Part shown: piece by piece, positions 60,450-64,000 of the stretch
Position numbering within the stretch: position 1 is the stretch's first letter
Layout: each line of letters begins with the position of its first letter
From: Halobacteriales archaeon QS_6_64_34
GTDB taxonomy: Archaea; Halobacteriota; Halobacteria; Halobacteriales; Haloarculaceae
DNA length: 64,000 bases
Assembly: GCA_003020925.1 (NCBI GenBank)
Contig: PXRT01000005.1
Coordinates: forward strand, 4,052-68,051
Direction of reading: 5' to 3'
Position numbers and translations under genes: made by a program
Notes under the pieces: model-generated
Databases searched by the model: none
Seen by the model: only the letters and a program-made list of their open reading frames with translations
What the model was told of the DNA's origin: nothing

Positions 60450-61517
60450 TCACTCGAGCCGGTACCGGAGCAAGGCGGCGATACCGCCGAGGTTCGCGAG
60501 CTGCTCGCCCGGTGCGAACTCCGCCGAGAACACCGTCACGTCGCCGCCTTTCTGCTCGGTCGTCTCGATGATACGGTCGGCGTCGACGTCCCAGTCGCCC
60601 TCGCCGGCCCGCTCCTTCCGGAGCCGCTCGTCGAGGACGAGCAGCGTCTCTATGGCGCCGAAGTCGGCGGCCTTCGCGACCGCTTCGGGGCCGTAGGCGA
60701 CCTCGCTTCCCTCGCCGATTCGGGCCATCAGCTCGTCGATGTGGTCGGCCTCCTCGGCGATGCGTGTCTGTTGCTGGACGTCCTCGACGGCGCCGCGTTT
60801 TAGCACCTCGTGGACCCCACGGTCACCGACAGCCGCAGTGTCGACGGTCGTTATCTGCTCGGCGATGTCCGGAATCGCGTCCTCGAAGTACTCCAGCGCG
60901 TCCTGCTTGGTAAAGCCCGGACCGGCGAGGATGTAGGCGTCGACGTCCTGGCGCTCGAGCACGTCGGCCAGTTCCGAGAACAGCTCGTCACGCGGCCGGG
61001 CGTAATCGCCCTTCCCCGTCGTCGAAGTGATGGTCGCGCGTTCCTCGGTCCCGTACTGGGCGACCGTGTGGACGTGGGCCTTACCCTCCTCGATAGTGGC
61101 GATGGCCACGTCGGGATTTGCCGTGGACTCGACGGCCTCCCCGAGCCGGTCGTTCTGGTCGGGCTTCCAGCGCTTCTCGATAGTGAGTTCGGTGTGTTCC
61201 TCGACGTTTAGCGTGTGGTGAAAGCCGAGCTGGTCCTCGCGGGAACAGTCGACGATGGCACCGCCCACGCGCAGGCGGTTGGCGAACTTCGCGAACTCCA
61301 CGTCACTCACCTCGATTTCGAGCCACATCGGCTCGCGCTCGCCGCCCTTATCCCGGAGGTTGTCGTCGTTGCGCTGGATGCGGCGAGTCGTGTCACCGGA
61401 GACGTGGTCGCCGGGCTCGATGATATACGAGAGGTGCCAGAGGTCGTCGAGCGTCTCGGGAACCACCTCGACGCGCTCGCGCCCCTCGCCGGTGGCCTGC
61501 CGGCTCTGTATCTGCAT
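60450..61517 (-). CDS. pelA: Ribosome rescue protein Pelota
   Basis: [25 protein letters not shown]. Confidence 0.94.
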   Translation of the reverse strand: MQIQSRQATGEGRERVEVVPETLDDLWHLSYIIEPGDHVSGDTTRRIQRNDDNLRDKGGEREPMWLEIEVSDVEFAKFANRLRVGGAIVDCSREDQLGFHHTLNVEEHTELTIEKRWKPDQNDRLGEAVESTANPDVAIATIEEGKAHVHTVAQYGTEERATITSTTGKGDYARPRDELFSELADVLERQDVDAYILAGPGFTKQDALEYFEDAIPDIAEQITTVDTAAVGDRGVHEVLKRGAVEDVQQQTRIAEEADHIDELMARIGEGSEVAYGPEAVAKAADFGAIETLLVLDERLRKERAGEGDWDVDADRIIETTEQKGGDVTVFSAEFAPGEQLANLGGIAALLRYRLE

Positions 61518-61688
61518 ACCCGAACTCCGCCGCCGGGCCACAAGTGCCCTGCTATCTTGATTCAGCGAGAGAATCCCGCCGTTGACGGCAGGCATCTCCC
61601 GCACCGCCGAGTCGCCCGTCTGCATGGCTCGTCGTCTTGTACCTACCTATATTACGCCCAACGAGTATAAAACGCTGCGTGAGCGGTG

Positions 61689-63824
61689 CTACTCCTCGAC
61701 CATCCGGCTCCCGCCGGGGGGGAGGAACTTCTGAATCAGGTCGGGACTTGCGACCTTGCGGACGAACGACTCGTCGGCGAACCGGGATTTGAACTCCCGG
61801 TAGAGCCGCTTTGCGATGTCGTTCTGGGCGAACTGGCCGGGTTCGACTTCGACGCTCGTGGCGACGTCGCCCTCGATGGCCGCCGGGGGGCCCCCCAAGA
61901 CCTGCGTGCGGTTCTCACACTGGATGCCGACGGCGACGCCGACGGGCGTGTCCTCGAAGTAGGTCCGGTCGCCCCGGACCGCGAAACCGCCCTTCTCCAG
62001 GTACTCGCCGCTCTCGGGCGTCTTCGAGACCTGGTCGGGGTCGACCATGTAGACGTCGCCGGCGAACGTCCCGTCTTTCCAGACCGAGCTGTAGGAGACC
62101 GCGAACTGGGCGGCCTGGTCGAGCGATGACTGGGGGAAATCGACCTCCGTGGCGGATTCGCTCGGACCGGTCGCTTTGAGCACGGTCACCGGCCCGCCGT
62201 GGGCCTGGGCGTGAAAGAACCTGTCACCGCGTTCGAGATACTTCTGGACTATCTGTTCGTTGTCGTCGGCGTCGCGGCCGCCGATGACGAGATAGCCGTC
62301 CGAGGTGTGGAACCAGCGGAACTGCTCGTACCACTGCTCGTTCTTCCGGACCGGTATCGACGGTTCGGCGAGCCAGTCGGTCGGTTCGTGGTCGGCGTCG
62401 TCGGTCCCGTCGTCGGACTGGCCGGCGTCGTCGTCGGCCTCCCACTCGTCACGGCGCTGTTTGACCGCTTCGAGGTCTTCGCGGGTATCCTCGATGGCCG
62501 CCTGGGCGCCCTCCTTCTTGCCCTCGATTCGCTTCGCTTCCTTGTACAGTTCGTCGGCGTTCTTCTCGACCCCCGTATCGGCGTCGACAGTGACCCGGGT
62601 CCCCTCGATGTCGAGCGTAACGGTTCCCTCGCTGCCGTCGACGCCGACGACGGCTTCGGCGGCCGGAATTCCCTTGTCGGCGCCCTCCCCGAGTTTGGCC
62701 TCGATGTCGTCCCAGGAAACGTCCTCGGCGCGGGCCGCTTGCACCGTCGAGAGCACGTCGTCGACGAGGTCGTAGCGGGCGTAGAGCAGCTCGGCCTTCT
62801 CGCGTTCGGCCTGCGCGTCGGCCTCGAAGTCCTCGATGGCCTCCTGTTGCTGGCGGATGATGTGTTCGTACTTGGAAATCTCGCTCTCGAAGTCGGGACG
62901 CTGGGTTCCACCCCCCTCGACTTCCTCCTCGCGCTGGAAGTTGTAGAAGTAGTCGTCCAGGGCGGCGTTGAACGTATCGAAACGCTCGCTGTACAGGTGT
63001 TCGTACTCCTCTAAGGGGACCGGCGTGGCGTCGACGCGGCGGCGCTCGGGCTCGCCGCCCTCGGTCTCTATGTCCTCGTAATAGACACGCGGGTTGAGCG
63101 GGCCCTCGCGAAGCACCGACGCGAACCCCGAGACCACCTCGTAGAGCCGTTCGAGCTGGTCCTCGGTAAGGTCGTCGACGGACTCGTGGTAGTCGATACC
63201 GGCCCGCGTACACAGCTCCTCGCCGTAGAGGCCGCCGAAGTTGAGCTGGGTGGCAAGCGTCCGGACGAGGTCGGCGTCGGACTCCCGGATTCGGGCGACG
63301 AAGCCGTCGTAGTCGACGGTGAGTGGGTCGAACCGAGCGGAGGGGAACTCGTAGGGCGTCCCCGGGGCCACGGTTCTGGATTTCAGGCGCACGGTGTCGA
63401 GACAGTCGATGACCTCGCCGTGGCCGTCCAGTGCCGCGAGGTTGCCGTCGCCGAACAGCTCCGCGACGACCGTCGTCGAGCCGTCCCCGCGCTCGAACTC
63501 CAGTTCGAGGATGCGGTCGAACTCGAACTGCTCGACGCGGACGAGGTCGGCGCCAGACAGCCGGTTGCGAAGCATCATCGCGAAATCGGGCGGGCGCCCC
63601 GGCGCGTCGGGCACGTGGTCGGCCACAGCGACGTAGGCGCCCTTGACGTCGCCGAGTTCGATGATGAACTCGACGCGGCCCCGGTCGAAGTCCCGCATCT
63701 TGAGCCGCACGAGGTCGTCAGCGGTGTAGAGGTAGGCCTTGTCGAGCTTGGCGCCGGTGAACTCGCCGAGTTCGGTCCCGAGTGCGGCGAGGTCGACGCT
63801 CGTCAGCTCCCGCTTGTGGTCCAT
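61689..63824 (-). CDS. rqcH: Ribosome quality control protein RqcH/aRqc2 (NEMF family)
   Basis: FAMMLR, QFEFDR, ELFG, WYEQFRWF, GGRDA..NE, GEYLEKGGF. Confidence 0.92.
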   Translation of the reverse strand: MDHKRELTSVDLAALGTELGEFTGAKLDKAYLYTADDLVRLKMRDFDRGRVEFIIELGDVKGAYVAVADHVPDAPGRPPDFAMMLRNRLSGADLVRVEQFEFDRILELEFERGDGSTTVVAELFGDGNLAALDGHGEVIDCLDTVRLKSRTVAPGTPYEFPSARFDPLTVDYDGFVARIRESDADLVRTLATQLNFGGLYGEELCTRAGIDYHESVDDLTEDQLERLYEVVSGFASVLREGPLNPRVYYEDIETEGGEPERRRVDATPVPLEEYEHLYSERFDTFNAALDDYFYNFQREEEVEGGGTQRPDFESEISKYEHIIRQQQEAIEDFEADAQAEREKAELLYARYDLVDDVLSTVQAARAEDVSWDDIEAKLGEGADKGIPAAEAVVGVDGSEGTVTLDIEGTRVTVDADTGVEKNADELYKEAKRIEGKKEGAQAAIEDTREDLEAVKQRRDEWEADDDAGQSDDGTDDADHEPTDWLAEPSIPVRKNEQWYEQFRWFHTSDGYLVIGGRDADDNEQIVQKYLERGDRFFHAQAHGGPVTVLKATGPSESATEVDFPQSSLDQAAQFAVSYSSVWKDGTFAGDVYMVDPDQVSKTPESGEYLEKGGFAVRGDRTYFEDTPVGVAVGIQCENRTQVLGGPPAAIEGDVATSVEVEPGQFAQNDIAKRLYREFKSRFADESFVRKVASPDLIQKFLPPGGSRMVEE

Positions 63825-63878
63825 GTCGGAGGCTGTCGGCGGCCGTCCAAAGGCCTGTCGGGACAAATCGTCTCACTC

Positions 63879-64000
63879 TCAGTCGGGCGACCCGACGACG
63901 AGCACGCGGAGGTCGTTGACGTTCGTCCCCGTCGGGCCGCTCTATGGCAGCCCCGAGAGCGAACTCCTGGTTGGGGCCGCCACGCCCCCCGCCGGTGACG
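63879..64000 (-). pseudogene. Glycerate 2-kinase (MOFRL) 3' end with an out-of-frame internal deletion
   Basis: GRGGPNQEFALGAAIE is joined directly, in another frame, to GPTGTNVNDLRVLVV*. Confidence 0.7.

Noticed and set aside
60450-63824. Pelota-RqcH adjacency, and the 36-aa N-terminal extension of pelota in the ORF track
   Set aside because: Both are known ribosome-rescue factors; ATG 61517 gives the normal pelota length.

Overview
High-GC haloarchaeal chromosome segment (gene content and acidic proteins suggest Haloarculaceae; inferred). Mostly core genes: tfb, hisC, AK6, tpiA, polY, guaB, cdc48, purF, rpl37e-lsm, a heme-copper oxidase cluster, a MoxR/DUF58 cluster, a Dna2-like nuclease-helicase, Lhr, pelota, RqcH, tRNA-Trp with intron, and tRNA-Lys. 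Accessory DNA: (1) an IS607 element with a 590-aa, catalytically intact TnpB whose coding tail folds like an embedded omegaRNA; (2) an AT-rich island bracketed by IS6 ends, carrying a frameshifted Tat-secreted trypsin-like protease plus a Tat lipoprotein; (3) a MazEF-like module beside tRNA-Trp; (4) a family of short intergenic palindromic repeats; (5) two 51-bp in-frame double-hairpin insertions inside protein genes. Several small internally deleted gene relics also occur. All family assignments come from motif recognition by eye; no database searches were run.
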